A stretch of 64,000 nt of DNA from an uncultured Phycisphaerales bacterium (GTDB lineage Bacteria > Planctomycetota > Phycisphaerae > Tepidisphaerales > Tepidisphaeraceae). Location: positions 768,001-832,000 of the forward strand of contig CAWJPJ010000008.1 of NCBI GenBank assembly GCA_963844715.1, read 5' to 3'. Below the pieces are notes generated by a model. That model did not search any database, had not been told where the DNA came from, and saw only the letters and a program-made list of their open reading frames with translations. Below, piece by piece: positions 22,225 through 32,579 of the stretch (its first letter is position 1; each line of letters starts with the position of its first letter). The translations under genes and the position numbers were made by a program.

Positions 22225-22449
22225 ATGAACTCCAGCTCCCTAACCCCCGCCCAGGCCGGCATCCTCTACGCTCAGCTCACCGCCCACCTCCGCTACTTCG
22301 GCCGTCTCAAAAGCCGCATGGAGCAAAAGGGATTCCCCACCGGCGACCCCCTCTACGCCAACGTCCTCCGCGCCTACAACGCCATCCACGCCGCCGCCGT
22401 CCAAACCCACTACCTAACCATAGAATCCGGCGTCGCCAAATCGCAGTAA
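22225..22449 (+). CDS. Small hypothetical protein
   Basis: 74-aa ORF with host-like C-ending codon bias. Confidence 0.6.
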   Translation: MNSSSLTPAQAGILYAQLTAHLRYFGRLKSRMEQKGFPTGDPLYANVLRAYNAIHAAAVQTHYLTIESGVAKSQ

Positions 22450-22504
22450 CCAGCCAAAGCACCGCTGCGCCGGTCAACCAGCAACCAGCTTTGTGCAATG
22501 AGTT

Positions 22505-22535
22505 ACTGGCAACTGGCAACTATCAACTGGCAACT
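22505..22535. repeat. Heptamer tandem repeat (actggca)n
   Basis: actggca actggca actatca actggca act. Confidence 0.7.
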
Positions 22536-22822
22536 AGCTCTGTTTATTGAATATCAAACAAACCCCGCCCCAACCGCGCATCTCACCCACCCAGCCAAAT
22601 AATCTACCGATGGGACATTTCGAGACATTCTGAGACAACCACCCCCAATAGCACTCCAAAAACGCACTCCTCAGACCCCATGTGACACGCGCCCGACCCA
22701 CCTGTGACATCCCTTGTGACATTCCCCGCGCAGTCGACCCCCACCCGTCGTGCCGAAACTAATGGAAGGGGACAGGGAGTGCTCCCCCTGAGTACAGAGG
22801 GAGGGGAATTTAGATTAGGCGA

Positions 22823-25592
22823 CTAGTCCCCGTCGTGATCCCCATCCGCGTCCGTCTGGGCCCCCGGCCCCCGGGGCGCAGGCATTTCGGAATACGGCCC
22901 TTTGACGGTCTTCCAAATGATGTCATCCAACTCCAGAGCCGGCGCGGCATCCGCGTGGACGAAGTCCATCTGGTCACAGCGAGTCGCCATGGCCAGGCGC
23001 GGGTCGCCTTTCTTCAGGTCTTTCTTTTTGGGGTTCAGCTCGCCGATCAATTGCTCGGAGGGCCATAGGGCGTCATAGGGGGCGGAATTGTTCGGGGCGG
23101 TGTCCCAATCCATGATGGGGTCGGCTGTCGCGTCGTATTGGCAGAGGGGTTTTAGGCCTAGGATCAACTCGATCGTTTTTAGCATTGTGTCGGTGTTGTT
23201 GAAGCGGTGATCGACGCTGTTGGCTTTGATCCAGGGGCTGACGACGTAGCCGGTGGTGCGGTGGGCATCGACGTGGTCGGCTCCGCTTTGCGCATCGTCC
23301 TCGATGATGAAGATCGCGCAGTGCGGCCAGATTACGCTGTGGCTGATGGACTGGACGAGCTGGCCGATGGCGTAATCGTTGTCGGCGATGTAGCTGCGCG
23401 GGGTGTGCTCGCCGCCTTTGGCGCCGACGGTGTGATCGGTGGGGAGGCGCACGAGCATGAGCGCGGGGACGCTGGCGCCGGTGGGATCCTTGGCGAGCAT
23501 CATTTGAAACTCGCGGTTCCACTCGGCGAATCTGCTTGGCTCGGCGTATTTGCCGTAGTGATGGATCGTGTAGAGGCAACTGGGCTCGCCGTCGCGATGG
23601 AAATAGAAGGACGGGGCGTCGCTGTCGGGATAGCCCATGTCGAAGCGGCGGAAGTCGATGTCGGAAACGCCCGCGAGGTCGTGCCCGGGGGGTTGTAATC
23701 CGGTGGCGCAGGGATAATTGTCGGGGCCTTTGACGGTGCCCTGGCCGACGGTGTTGACGCTGTAGAAGAACCCGTAGTTGCGCAGCGAGATGCCGGCTTC
23801 CTCGGCGGCGTCCCAGATATTCCTGTCGGTGCTGGCGACATCAGGAATCGGGGCGGCGCCGTTCTTGAACTCGCGCTCGTGCGACGTGGGCTTTCCGTCT
23901 AAATCCTTGGCGGGGTATCCGCCGGTGACATAGCCGTTGTTTTGGCCCTCGAAGTCGAATTTTCGTCCGCGGCCGCCGTAGTTATAGGGGACGTTTCGGG
24001 CGACGTAGGCGTCGACCATTCCTTGTGTGCTCCAGTCCCAACCGTCGCCGCTGACGTCGCCGCAGGCGTAGAGGTTGTCCATGAGGACGAATCGGTCGGA
24101 GAGGGCGTGCAGATTGGGGGTGACATCCTCGCCGAAGAGGACGAGGGAGGGGTCGCCGTTGCCTTTGGGTTCGTCGCCGAGGATCTGATCGTAGGTGCGG
24201 TTCTCCTTAATAATGTAGACAACGTGGGTGATTCCGCCGGCCTTGAGGCCGATGTTGGCCAGGGGATTGGCCTCTTCCTGGTCCAACTTATCGAGTCGGC
24301 AATCGGCCAGGACCTGCTGCGTCGCGGCTTTGAGATCGTCGCCGGTGGGAATTTTCATCTTGCAGACGTTTCCGTGCAGGACATTGAGGACGTACATGGT
24401 GGTGCGCTTGGGGTCATCGGGGTCCTTGAAGTTATTGGGATTCCGGACGGTGGTGCCGGCGGCGTTGGCGACGAGAAGCTCGTCGCCATCAAGGGCGAGG
24501 GCGGTGGGATACCAGCCGGCGGGGATATATCCCTGGAGGGAATTTGTGGTCAGATCGATGACGGCGACGGCGTTCATGTCGCCGAGGGTGGCGTAGAGCG
24601 TTTTGTCGTCTTGCGAAACGCACAGGCCCGTGGGGGTTATGCCGGGGAGATCGCGTGCGATGGATGGGCGGAGAAGAATGGTTTGATCGACGCGATCGGT
24701 TTGGGTGTCGATGATGGAGATGGTGTCGCTGAGGGAATTGGCGACGAACAATTTGGATTCGTCGTGGGAAAGGGCCAGAGCGACGGGGCGGGCGCCGGTG
24801 GGGATTTTTGCGCGGGGGAGGGGATTGGATTCGTCGCGCGTGTTGATGGCGTAAACGCAATCATCGCGTTCGGAAGCGAGATAGCATTTGGTTCCGTCTT
24901 TCAGCACCGCGATTGCGAGGGGGAAATTGGAGGTGCCGTAGTACCTATCGGAAAAGGTATATCGGCCGAGTTCGGTGGCGGTGGAGGGGTCGATGATGGC
25001 GAGGCTGCCGGACATTTTTGTGGGGGGAGCGTTTCCGGAGGCGTTGTTGGCTACATATAGATAGCCGCGCTGATCGAGAGCGAGACCGGCGGGGAAATCC
25101 CATTTCTTCATTTGGATGAAGCTGCGATATTGGAGCGAGCCGTCGTCCTGAAGTTTCATGACGGCGATGGTGTCGTGGCCGCCTTGTGCGGCAAAGAGGA
25201 CGCCGTCGCCGGTGATGGCGAGGCCAAAATAGAGTCCGTTGGTTTCGCTGGTCAGGGGCTTGGGAAATTTGGCCTGGCCTTCGCCGTTGCCGGGGCGTGT
25301 GGTGGGCTCGTCGTCGGGCGCGCGACGGTTTTTGAAATCGATATGGGAGACGCCGGCGCCGTCGGCGAGGCGGATGGACCAAAGGGATTGGTAATAGCCG
25401 ATGTCGGAGGTGATGGCGTAATGGCCGTCGGAACTGAGGATCATATTGATCGGGAAATGGCCGACGTCCTGGCTGGTTTGTGTGGCGGGAGTGAGGTAGC
25501 GGCCGCTGTTTAAGGGGACGGGTGGGGTGGCGCAGGCGGCGAGAAAGATAATGGAGAGGCAGAGAAGGGCCGCGGGAATCCGGGTGGCGCAT
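22823..25592 (-). CDS. YncE/YVTN beta-propeller plus phosphoesterase (alkaline phosphatase-like) lipoprotein (frameshift near 5' end)
   Basis: LAAC lipobox upstream of the ORF; propeller repeats (LFVANSLSDTISIID, IPAGWYP); IIKENRTYD, DHT and EDDAQSGADHVDAHR. Confidence 0.85.
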
Positions 25593-25664
25593 GGGTTCGA
25601 AACCTCCTGCGTGAAGGGTAGGGGGAGAAGGTTATGATTCCGTGAGGGAATTGTGGAGTCGTGA

Positions 25665-25714
25665 AAATCCGAAATCCGAAATCCGAATCAATGCTCGAAT
25701 GACCGAATGACCGA
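25665..25714. repeat. Short tandem repeats (aaatccg)x3 and (gaatgacc)x2
   Basis: Directly visible intergenic repeats. Confidence 0.7.
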
Positions 25715-25751
25715 GGTAGCACGAGCGCTGGAATAGTACGGCGTGGGGCGC

Positions 25752-27620
25752 TCACTCCGCGGGGGCGGCGTTGGGGGCGGCGAGCATTCTGGATTGGGCG
25801 AGTTGGTGGGCTTGTTTTAGGGCGTCGCGGAAGGTGGCTGCGATTTGCATGTTGGGGGCGCAGGCGATGCGATGGTGGGAGTCGCGGAGATTGATCATGG
25901 TCCAGAGGCCGATCAGGATGTCGATGTTGGGAATTTTTTCGTGGAGGCGTTTGCAGAGGTAGCTCACCGGGCGGGTGGCCGAAGGGGGGACGGCGGAGAC
26001 GCAGACGAGATCGGTGGGGTTCTTTTCGACGGCTTCGACCATTTCGCTGGTTAGCTGATCGACGGGGATGGTGGAAACGGTGTATCCGCGGAGGTCGAGG
26101 AGTTGGGCGAACATGAGGGCGGCGATTTCGTCGGACTCGTCGTGGGCGGGGAGGCAGATGGCGCGGAGGGTTACGCCGCGGGGGAGGATTCCGCGGCGGA
26201 GTGCGTCGCCGGGGATTTGCTGCTCGAGCGATTTCTTTTCTTGCTCGCCGAGGTCAATGATGATGCGGCGGAGTATTTGGAGCATTTCGCCGTGGCGGTC
26301 TTCTTCAAGATGGCCCACGTAGATTTCGCGTTCGATGGTGGCCAGCACGGGGAGGAGGAGGGAATCGTAAAGGTCTTCGAGGGTCTTGTGTTTGTGATAT
26401 TCGTCGATGAGGGTTCGGGCTTCGCGCTGGTCTAGGGCGAGCAATCTTTCAAAGACGCGATCGGGGGGTTCAAGGGCCGGTTCATCGGACAACATGATAT
26501 TGAGGAAGCTGAGGGCCGGGACGTATTTTCCGATGACGACGACGCAGACGGTGAGGGGCGTGGCTAATAGCAGGCCGAGGGGTCCCCAGAGCCAGGTCCA
26601 GAACATGGCGGAGACGAGGACGGCCAAGCCGGTGATTCCGGTGCTGGAGCCAAACATGATGGGTTCGAGGGCGTTGGCGGCGAGGGCTTCGATGAGGATG
26701 AAGGCGCCGAGGGTTTCGAATGTCACGCTGAGGCCGGAATAGACAGCCAGGGAAAGGAGCAGGGGGATGAAGGCGGCGATCCAGATTCCGAGATAGGGGA
26801 TGAAACGGAGCAAGCCGGCGAGCAAGCCAAAGAGGGCGGGGCTGGGGAAGGGGCGGTGATTGATTTCGCCGATAGACCAGAGGGAGATGAAGACGGCGAC
26901 GCCGACGGCGCCGTTGAGGATGGATTGCATGATGAGGTAGCGGCTGACGCGCGCGGCGGCGTCGTCGAGGGCGTGGGTGGTCATGGTCAGCTGATCGCGT
27001 CCGACCAGGCGGATGAGGCGGTCGCGCAAATCCTCGCGCTGGAGAAGCATGAAGACGGTGAAGATGGCGACGAGGCCGGCGGTGCCGGCGGGGCCGAGGA
27101 GCATGGCGCCGATGTCGGCGATGAGTTGGAAGGGGCCTTCGGAGTAACTGGTGAAGCCGTTGTAATTGGTGATGACGACGGGGGTGGGCTGCGGGGCGGG
27201 GGGGACGGCGCTGCTGGGAGAGGAAGCGGAGGGTGCGGCGAGAATGTGTTTGACTTCTTCGCCGGCTTTTTCGAAGCCGGCGATGATGCCGTGACCGTTG
27301 CGGATGGAATCCACCTTGGCCTGAATTGTTTGCTGATATTGGGGGAGACGGCCGGCGAAATCGGTCATCTGGTTCCAGACGACAAAGCCGATGCCTGCGA
27401 CGATGGCGAAGGAGATGACGACCGTGACAAGCACGGAGAGCATGCGAGGCAACTTCAATCGTCTTAATCGATATTCCAACGGAGCGAGGAGAAAGCTGAA
27501 GAGAATGGCCAGGGCGAGGGGGACGAGAATCGGCCTGGCCCAATAGAGGGCGGTTACGATGAGAACCAGCGCCCCCATGGTGACGAAGCGCGAAGTTTTT
27601 AGGGAATCGTTTTGAGTCAT
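25752..27620 (-). CDS. AI-2E family transporter with C-terminal soluble domain
   Basis: LVPLALAILFSFLLAP, REDLRDRLIRL, LRFIPYLG and FWTWLWGPLGLLLATPLTVC. Confidence 0.9.
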   Translation of the reverse strand: MTQNDSLKTSRFVTMGALVLIVTALYWARPILVPLALAILFSFLLAPLEYRLRRLKLPRMLSVLVTVVISFAIVAGIGFVVWNQMTDFAGRLPQYQQTIQAKVDSIRNGHGIIAGFEKAGEEVKHILAAPSASSPSSAVPPAPQPTPVVITNYNGFTSYSEGPFQLIADIGAMLLGPAGTAGLVAIFTVFMLLQREDLRDRLIRLVGRDQLTMTTHALDDAAARVSRYLIMQSILNGAVGVAVFISLWSIGEINHRPFPSPALFGLLAGLLRFIPYLGIWIAAFIPLLLSLAVYSGLSVTFETLGAFILIEALAANALEPIMFGSSTGITGLAVLVSAMFWTWLWGPLGLLLATPLTVCVVVIGKYVPALSFLNIMLSDEPALEPPDRVFERLLALDQREARTLIDEYHKHKTLEDLYDSLLLPVLATIEREIYVGHLEEDRHGEMLQILRRIIIDLGEQEKKSLEQQIPGDALRRGILPRGVTLRAICLPAHDESDEIAALMFAQLLDLRGYTVSTIPVDQLTSEMVEAVEKNPTDLVCVSAVPPSATRPVSYLCKRLHEKIPNIDILIGLWTMINLRDSHHRIACAPNMQIAATFRDALKQAHQLAQSRMLAAPNAAPAE

Positions 27621-27837
27621 GTAATGCGCTTAGCATCTATCAAACGGCGTTCTATAGCGAATTGGCGAGCGCCAGGCGTGACAGAGGGACGGGGCGGCGG
27701 ACAATTCGGCGCTGTTGGCGGGGGAGATGGACCATTTGTCATGGGGTATTCGCTTAATTACATGATCGGTGCATATGTGCGGGTTGCGGCATTGGGTTTG
27801 CGTTACCCCTCGATGAGGTTTTTGAAAGGAGCTTTAC

Positions 27838-28038
27838 ATGGGACTCGAAGATGTCGCGGCCGGAAAGGCCAAACAACTCAGGGGGAAAGCGAATGACGTA
27901 ATCGGTGCTGTAAAAGGGGACACGGCGCAACAAGTTAAGGGCAAAGTGCAGAAGGCGGTTGGAAAAGTTCAGGAAAAAATAGGCAAGGCGAGCGTGAAGA
28001 AACACGCGGATCGTTCGGACCGCCCGAGCGATGATTAA
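27838..28038 (+). CDS. CsbD family stress protein
   Basis: GKAKQLRGKANDVIG..KGKVQKAVGKVQEKIG. Confidence 0.85.
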   Translation: MGLEDVAAGKAKQLRGKANDVIGAVKGDTAQQVKGKVQKAVGKVQEKIGKASVKKHADRSDRPSDD

Positions 28039-28135
28039 CAGAGCGGCGCGGGCGCCGCAGCTCGACCACGAGGCTGCGGCGTTCCGCGATTTTTTTGTGC
28101 ACTTTACGGCGGATGTGAAGCCGCTTGGAGTTGAA

Positions 28136-28354
28136 ATGAGTTCCCAACGAATCATTGGAATTGTGCTGCTGGTCGTGGGGGTGGCGGCGCTGATCATCGG
28201 AATGAACGCGTCGCACTCGGCGGTGGATCAGGTGAATCAGACGTTTACCGGTCGATGGACGGATAAGACGACGTGGTACGTGCTTGGCGGCCTGGCGGTC
28301 GGTCTGGTGGGATTGCTCATGGCGGTGTTTGGAGTGACCGACCGCCAGGCATGA
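28136..28354 (+). CDS. DUF3185-like small membrane protein
   Basis: [25 protein letters not shown]. Confidence 0.75.
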   Translation: MSSQRIIGIVLLVVGVAALIIGMNASHSAVDQVNQTFTGRWTDKTTWYVLGGLAVGLVGLLMAVFGVTDRQA

Positions 28355-28436
28355 GGAGTTGGTTGGCGGCGGGAATTGCGAAACCGAGCCCGATTCGCGA
28401 TTCGCCGGATTAACCAGGGCTTTGATGGAGGTTGTC

Positions 28437-28625
28437 ATGCTTCGCTGGAGCCTGATATTTCTGATCGTGGCGATCATCGCGGCGGTGTTCGGTTTTGGAA
28501 ACATCGCCGCCAACGCGACGGACATCGCGCGGATTCTGTTCATCATATTCCTGGTTTTATTCGTGCTGAGTCTGCTGTTTGGACTGATCACGGGACGGCG
28601 TCCGCCGATGGGACCGACGCTATAG
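28437..28625 (+). CDS. DUF1328 (UPF0391) membrane protein
   Basis: [30 protein letters not shown]. Confidence 0.9.
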   Translation: MLRWSLIFLIVAIIAAVFGFGNIAANATDIARILFIIFLVLFVLSLLFGLITGRRPPMGPTL

Positions 28626-28765
28626 GCGTTGCAGATGGGAACGAATGGAAATGGAAGAGTTCTGATCGGCCGCCCCTTGGGTGAGCGGCCGGGCGCGGTT
28701 TGCCGACTCCAACGCTCCAGGCAGATCGCACGTTTGCTGGAGCCGCTTCTTGAAGGAGTTGTCTT

Positions 28766-29137
28766 ATGCGTTATGCAGTTTTTCTTTTCCTGGCGATGGC
28801 AGGGGGATTATTGCTGTTGGATCTCACCGCCTGCTCGACGGACCAACCTGGCGCGACCGATACGCTCGGGACGTATAGCACGAACGTATCGGCCGCGCCG
28901 GACAAGGTCACGGACGCGGCGCACAAGGCGTGCAATGATCTGAATCTTCAGAACATCAGCGCGACCGGGACCAATGTTGACGGCAAGGTGACGGCGCAGA
29001 CCGCCGAGGGTCAGGACGTTGACATCACGATCGCCCAGGCGGGCGACAATGTGAGCAAAGTTTCGATCCGCGTTGGCGCCACCGGCGATCAGCAGATCAG
29101 CAAGGAGCTGATGGATAAGATCCAGGACCATCTGTAA
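28766..29137 (+). CDS. Lipoprotein, DUF3568-like
   Basis: LTAC lipobox; SKVSIRVGATGD. Confidence 0.65.
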   Translation: MRYAVFLFLAMAGGLLLLDLTACSTDQPGATDTLGTYSTNVSAAPDKVTDAAHKACNDLNLQNISATGTNVDGKVTAQTAEGQDVDITIAQAGDNVSKVSIRVGATGDQQISKELMDKIQDHL

Positions 29138-29176
29138 GAGCTTATTTACACCTTACGCGCGCTCTACTCTCCGCTT

Positions 29177-29211
29177 GCCAAAGGCCCAGTCACGATGACT
29201 GGGCCTTTGGC
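29177..29211. terminator. Bidirectional terminator-like hairpin
   Basis: gccaaaggcccagtca-cga-tgactgggcctttggc, a perfect 16-bp stem between convergent genes. Confidence 0.75.
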
Positions 29212-29249
29212 TTATTTCCTGGGATACGGGCAACACAATGGGAGACGAG

Positions 29250-29402
29250 TCATCCGCGGCGCTTGAAGTATTGGACAGCGCGCTCGTGCTTTTTGGCGGC
29301 CTCGAGGGTGTCGAAGGTTCCCAAATTCCGTTGCTTTCCGGTCGTGGGATTTTTCTTTCGTGAGTAAAGGCGGTATTCGCCGGACTTGAGTTTCTTGATC
29401 AT
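29250..29402 (-). CDS. Small basic hypothetical protein
   Basis: MIKKLKSGEYRLYSRKK..RNLGTF..HERAVQYFK, with an RBS upstream. Confidence 0.75.
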   Translation of the reverse strand: MIKKLKSGEYRLYSRKKNPTTGKQRNLGTFDTLEAAKKHERAVQYFKRRG

Positions 29403-29404
29403 GG

Positions 29405-29856
29405 TTACCTCTCTTGTGCGCGAGTTCGGGCGGCTTTCCTTGCGGATGCGGAACGCGAGGCCGGGCTTCGCGCTGCGGCAGCGGCGCGGGCTTGGCGCGA
29501 AAGGGCTTCGTGCGATGCCGATTGAGCGCCTTCGCGCTTGAGGGCGTTCAACGTCGCGCGGCGCGCTTTGGCGAGGGTTTGTGCGGCGCTGCCGATTGGC
29601 CCTGGGCATATTCTCGTTTGGCGTTTTTGCGCGTTTCTTCCGATGCGCGTCCCTTTGCGGGCGGGGGCAGATCGACTCCGGCGCGGCGGGCTTCGGAGAG
29701 GCCGATCGCGATCGCCTGCTTCGCGGAGCGCGCTCCGTGTTTGCCTTCTCGAATATGATGGATCTCTTCGCGGATGAATTCTCCGGCTTGCGTGCCGGCG
29801 GATTTTCCTTCTCGTTTATCTTCGCTGGCGCGTTCGAGAGTTTCTTTTTCGGGCAT
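29405..29856 (-). CDS. Basic DUF6496-like protein (frameshift near 29555)
   Basis: QAGEFIREEIHHIREGKHGARSAKQAIAIGLSEARRAG. Confidence 0.7.
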
Positions 29857-29979
29857 GATTTTCTCCAAAGAATTGAACTTGATTCGATGCCTTTTTGACC
29901 GGCAAATTGTCGGGGGCGACAAAAAGCCGAGCCGCGCACCGGGGTTCAAGCGGTGCGCGGGCTCGGGCTCATAGGGGGC

Positions 29980-30618
29980 TTATGGCATCGTCGAGCCGCT
30001 GGACGGCATTGACGAGGTGTAATCTCCTCTTTCTTTCATGGCGGCGCATCCCGCGGTGCTGCCGATGATTGAGAAGACGAATCCGCAGGCCAGGGCGATC
30101 ACAACCGCCCAGAAATATCCATAATTGGCGATCATGCCGAGATTATTTCCGGTCGCGGTGGAAATGACGCTGGCGCGCGGGAGAGTGAGGCCGCCCAGGA
30201 GATCGCCGCCGCGGGCCGCGAGGGAATAGAGCACGGCGGCAAGGGGGAGGCTGAGAGCCCAGATGCCGATGCCTTTAACCACGCCCATTCCGCGGGGAAG
30301 GGAAATTGCGCTGGAAGTCAGTCCGGCGGCTAGAAATGCGACACATGCGGTAACGCACATCCAAACCGCGGCGCCGGCGCCGGGGTCGATGGTGCCGTCC
30401 TTATCGACGCCAACATGGCACCCGAGCATGAGATACCAGGAGAAAACGAAAAGTGAGAGGGCAAAAAGTGCGCCGGCGATAACGGGTCGCCAGTAGGGGC
30501 TATAGGAAGCGCGAAAACGCGGAACGCCGGTGACCAGCGTTTCTTCGACGACAAATCCGCGGTCCAACACCGGCGGGTTGGGGGGAACATTGGTTCCCAT
30601 TGGATTCTGACTAACCAT
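29980..30618 (-). CDS. Multi-pass membrane hypothetical protein
   Basis: Four hydrophobic segments; W.PVIAGA motif. Confidence 0.7.
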   Translation of the reverse strand: MVSQNPMGTNVPPNPPVLDRGFVVEETLVTGVPRFRASYSPYWRPVIAGALFALSLFVFSWYLMLGCHVGVDKDGTIDPGAGAAVWMCVTACVAFLAAGLTSSAISLPRGMGVVKGIGIWALSLPLAAVLYSLAARGGDLLGGLTLPRASVISTATGNNLGMIANYGYFWAVVIALACGFVFSIIGSTAGCAAMKERGDYTSSMPSSGSTMP

Positions 30619-30778
30619 GACTAAACCTCCATGCCCGCGAAGGGCATATTTAAAAGTGACGAATCGCCTGATCCACCTCCACCCGGAAGATAAGGCAAAG
30701 CGCATTCCATGCGCTTCGAATGGATATGCGCATCTGGCACGACACTTGCACGTATGCGAATCCCATAGGAGCGTGAAT

Positions 30779-31105
30779 ATGATTCGATTCCTGCATCATG
30801 TGCGAATTTCGGAAACCGAAGCGACGGCCTCGACCGACTACGAGGACATGTTGTGTTTTGATCCATCGCGGGTCGTTCAGGCGATTACGTTTCATTTACT
30901 GGATGAAGAGAGGGCGGTGGCGGTGGACGCGGATTCGTGCGCGGACGCGATCGCGAAACTTTCGACGCGGTTTGGGAATCTGACCATTTCGGTGGACAAA
31001 TGGTCGGTCATGGAAAACGATGAGCGGCTGCGATGGCTGCTGGATAAGAGCGAGATTGGGGTGAGAATGAGTTCAGCGCGATGCGCGGCGCTGATGGCGA
31101 GATGA
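30779..31105 (+). CDS. Hypothetical protein
   Basis: ORF with plausible composition and an aggag RBS upstream. Confidence 0.45.
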   Translation: MIRFLHHVRISETEATASTDYEDMLCFDPSRVVQAITFHLLDEERAVAVDADSCADAIAKLSTRFGNLTISVDKWSVMENDERLRWLLDKSEIGVRMSSARCAALMAR

Positions 31106-31220
31106 TGGTTAGGGTCAGGGTGAGGGACGGCGCTCGACGATCCGAAATCGCCCCTCACCCTGGCCCATCCTGCGGAAACCAGCGGAGGCATGGGGAGAGG
31201 GGAAAAATCGGAGGACGTTC

Positions 31221-32579
31221 TTACCGGCTGTCGGCGTAGCTGCTTGTGGTGGTGGGATTTTGAGAGGCGGATGCGGTGGCGGTGTTGGCGGGAGATGCGC
31301 CGGGTTGGTTGGCGGGGTTGGCGATTTGGACGGCTGTGCCCTGGGAGATACTTTCGCCGGGATTGGCGACGACCTGATCTTGATCGGTCACGCCGGTGGC
31401 GATTTCGATCTCGGCGCCGAAATCGCGGCCGAGGGTGACGGTGCGAAAGTCGATCTTGTTATTTTCCACGACGGCGACTTGTGTGCCCTCGGCTTCGGTG
31501 AGGATGGCGCTGCTGGGGAGGACGAGGGTGGGCTGGGCGCGTTTAATTTTGAAGACGACATCGGCGTACATGCCGGACCAGAGGAGGCCCTGGCGATTGT
31601 CGACGTCGACTTCGACGAGGAGGGTGCGCGTCGCGGGGCGGAGGGCGCCGCTCCAGTAGGCGAGATGGCCGACGAAGTTGCGGCCGGGGTAATTGCGGAC
31701 TTGCAGGATGACGGGGTCGCCGATGTGGAGCATGGTGACATATTCCTGGGGTACATCGGCGTAAACGCGGAATTTGTCGGTTTCGGCGACGGTGAATAGT
31801 TCGCTGCCGGGCGTTGTATTGCTGGGGGAGATAAGAGCGCCGATGTCGTAGTTGCGGGTGGTGACGGTGCCGGCGAAGGGGGCGCCGATGCGTTCGAAAC
31901 CCTCCTCGGCTTTGAGGTGCTGGACGTTGGCGACGGCGGATTTAACGTTTGCGATGGCGGCGCCGCGCGCGGATTCGCCTTGCTGGGCGGCGGTTTGGCG
32001 GGTTTGCAGATCCTGCTGGGTGACGCCGCCGGTGGCGAGGAGGCCTTTGTATCGAATGTAGGTGGCGTTCATGAGGTCGGCGTTTTGATTCGCGGAGACG
32101 AGATTCGCCTTGGCCTGTTCGAGGGAGGCTTTGGCTTGTTCGAGTTGGGCGTCGACGTCGGGGGCGTCGATTTTGGCGAGGAGTTCGCCGGCGGCGACGT
32201 GGGTTCCGACTTCATGGGTCCATTGGGCGAGGTAACCGCTGATGCGGGCGTAGAGCGCGGTGACCTGCCAGGGGTGGAGATCGCCGGGGAGTCTGAATTC
32301 TTCGTATTGGCCGGTCGGCTGGGGACGAACGACGGTGACGAGGACGGGGGCGTCGGCTTCGGCGATGGTTTCGGCGGCGAGCGCGTGTTCCTCATGGGCG
32401 TGGACGATGAAGCGAGCGACGAAGGCGACGACAATAATTCCGGCGAAGATTCCGCCGAGGAGGATCATCCAGAAGGGGCTGAGGCGGGGGAGATCGTGGG
32501 GGACTTCAGCCTTGTCGGCCTCGTGCGGCTGCTGGGGCCCGGGCTGATCGGACTGCGGTTTTTCTTCGTGGCTTTCCAC
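31221..32579 (-). CDS. RND efflux membrane fusion (periplasmic adaptor) protein
   Basis: TM anchor, LYARISGYL, APFAGTVT and ATRTLLVEVDVDN. Confidence 0.92.
   Translation of the reverse strand: MESHEEKPQSDQPGPQQPHEADKAEVPHDLPRLSPFWMILLGGIFAGIIVVAFVARFIVHAHEEHALAAETIAEADAPVLVTVVRPQPTGQYEEFRLPGDLHPWQVTALYARISGYLAQWTHEVGTHVAAGELLAKIDAPDVDAQLEQAKASLEQAKANLVSANQNADLMNATYIRYKGLLATGGVTQQDLQTRQTAAQQGESARGAAIANVKSAVANVQHLKAEEGFERIGAPFAGTVTTRNYDIGALISPSNTTPGSELFTVAETDKFRVYADVPQEYVTMLHIGDPVILQVRNYPGRNFVGHLAYWSGALRPATRTLLVEVDVDNRQGLLWSGMYADVVFKIKRAQPTLVLPSSAILTEAEGTQVAVVENNKIDFRTVTLGRDFGAEIEIATGVTDQDQVVANPGESISQGTAVQIANPANQPGASPANTATASASQNPTTTSSYADSR

Noticed and set aside
22505..25714. Possible CRISPR array from short repeats
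   Set aside because: These are 7-8-bp tandem units without spacers, and there are no cas genes.
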